Below, piece after piece: positions 62,837 to 64,000 of a stretch of DNA of 64,000 bases. Within the stretch, counting starts at the first letter, position 1. Every line of letters starts with the position of its first letter. The notes under the pieces were generated by a model. It saw nothing but the letters and a program-made list of their open reading frames with translations. It was not told where the DNA came from and searched no databases. The stretch is from Camelus dromedarius (lineage: Eukaryota): positions 22,322,001 to 22,386,000 of the forward strand of contig NC_087436.1 of the NCBI RefSeq assembly GCF_036321535.1, written 5' to 3'. The position numbers and the translations under genes were made by a program.

Positions 62837-63126
62837 CAAGAATGAAAAGCAGAGGTGGAAAAACAAATGAAGTCTATTAGTCTGTGTTTTCTGTTGGCTA
62901 ACTCCAGTGTTGGAGGACGGGGACGGGTGGGTCTACACCCTCAAAAACACGCCACAATCAGTATTAGGTAAGTCAGGAAGTGTGACGTTCAAAAGACTAA
63001 TTCCTGTACCACCATCGGGCTTGAGAGACTGGAAGAGACTGGTTAAGGACCCAAACTCCTCAGCCAGCTGTTTGAGAGTAAATCACCAGCATCGAGGTGA
63101 CAGGAAGCTATCCTCTGCTCATGGGC

Positions 63127-63168
63127 CAATAAGAAATGGCGCCAGTCCTTCAATAAGAAATGGCGCCA
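63127..63168. repeat. 18-bp direct repeat CAATAAGAAATGGCGCCA x2 (period 24) carrying YY1-like motifs
   Basis: Exact copies at 63127-63144 and 63151-63168. Confidence 0.85.
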
Positions 63169-63689
63169 TCTGAGAGCGGACAGCATTTATTTGCTCCCAG
63201 AAACATACCATAAAATGTCTTTTAATTATTTTCTACATTATCAGAAGGAACACCAATTTTCTAAGAGGTAAGGACCATTCTTTGATGTCCCAAATTGATG
63301 ACTTCTTCGATGGCTTCCTAGTCAGAGTGGCCAGGTAATTTTAATTCTAGAATTTGAGAACGCAGTTCTGGTAGTGACTCGAATTCTTAACTCAGACTCT
63401 GTTCTCTTCCTCACAAAGATCCCTGGATTCTTATAGCCTGTATGCTTGACACTTAATACACTAATTTATGAAATAATGGCTAACAGTTTCCGTCTTGATG
63501 GCTTACATCAGCGAGGTCCAGCCTGGGATGTATAAGAGAAGACATGGAAGGTCTCTCTGATTTTCAATAACAAGGCTACTACCTAACACTTTGGAGCACC
63601 TACTATGTGCCTTGCAATATGTTGCTTTATGCTTAATTTTCATTTATTTTGTAATAAATCTTAGAAATGTGATTGCTTGTCTCTAATCT

Positions 63690-63840
63690 AATCAAACTTT
63701 CTCATACACCACAATCACCTGGAGGGCTTTTGAAAACACAGACTTGGGGGTTTCTAACTCCATAGGTCTGCGGTGGAGTCTGAAAATGTGCACTTTTAAA
63801 AAGTTTCATGTGATGCTGATAATGATTATCTGCCTTGAGG
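63690..63840. mobile_element. MER5A/B hAT-Charlie MITE inserted in a minus-strand MIR
   Basis: AATCACCTGGAGGGCTTTTGAAAACACAGA...TAGGTCTGCGGTGGAGTCTGAAAATGTGCACTTTTAAAAAG...GTGATGCTGAT, with MIR halves at ~63590-63670 and ~63880-63950. Confidence 0.75.
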
Positions 63841-64000
63841 ATGACTGTATCCTTATATGGTGTTATCTGAATTTCATACCCAGGACCAGGTCACACAGCT
63901 AACAGCTGGAGGAGGTGACTCTAACACAAGACTGTGTGCTGCAAAGCTTTAAAAAAAAAAAAAAAAAAAAAAAAGGATTTGTATTTATCTACAATGCAAG

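Noticed and set aside
63137..63168. TGGCGCC as a retroviral tRNA-Lys primer-binding site
   Set aside because: It is not adjacent to an LTR 3' end and the match stops after 7 nt. The nearby LTR is solo, with a TSD.
63951..63974. 24-nt poly-A run as a retrocopy tail
   Set aside because: No upstream retrocopy body or TSD is visible; treated as a simple homopolymer.
1..64000. CRISPR arrays, operons, NUMTs or intact retroviral genes
   Set aside because: The DNA is mammalian nuclear sequence. I saw no repeat-spacer array, no long ORF, and no mitochondrial or gag/pol/env similarity.

Overview
Mammalian, AT-rich, CpG-poor genomic DNA, very probably from a camelid, because it carries two tRNA-Ala(AGC)-derived SINEs of the Vic-1 type. 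The first ~7.3 kb is the 3' end of INPP4B (inositol polyphosphate 4-phosphatase type II) on the + strand. It has two alternative terminal coding exons: beta (170-344, hydrophobic membrane-anchor tail ending ...LLLAKYQ) and alpha (1602-1734, ending ...GTYGKADT), each with its own 3' UTR and poly(A) signal. The remaining ~57 kb contains no recognisable protein-coding gene and is a mosaic of L1, L2, MIR, MaLR, ERV solo LTRs and hAT MITEs. None of the supplied ORFs is credible as a gene. The most notable observations are: (1) the beta poly(A) site overlaps the alpha splice acceptor; (2) an L1 insertion carries an inverted 5S rRNA fragment inside one target-site duplication, consistent with twin priming on a second RNA; (3) LTRs downstream of the gene are strongly biased to the minus strand, hinting at hidden + strand transcription; (4) there is a nested ~290-bp AT-rich palindrome; and (5) a motif-dense, promoter-like patch sits beside a young LTR. 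I found no evidence for a wholly new multi-gene system. Gene and repeat family names come from recalled sequences compared by eye, not from database searches, and most repeat boundaries are approximate.
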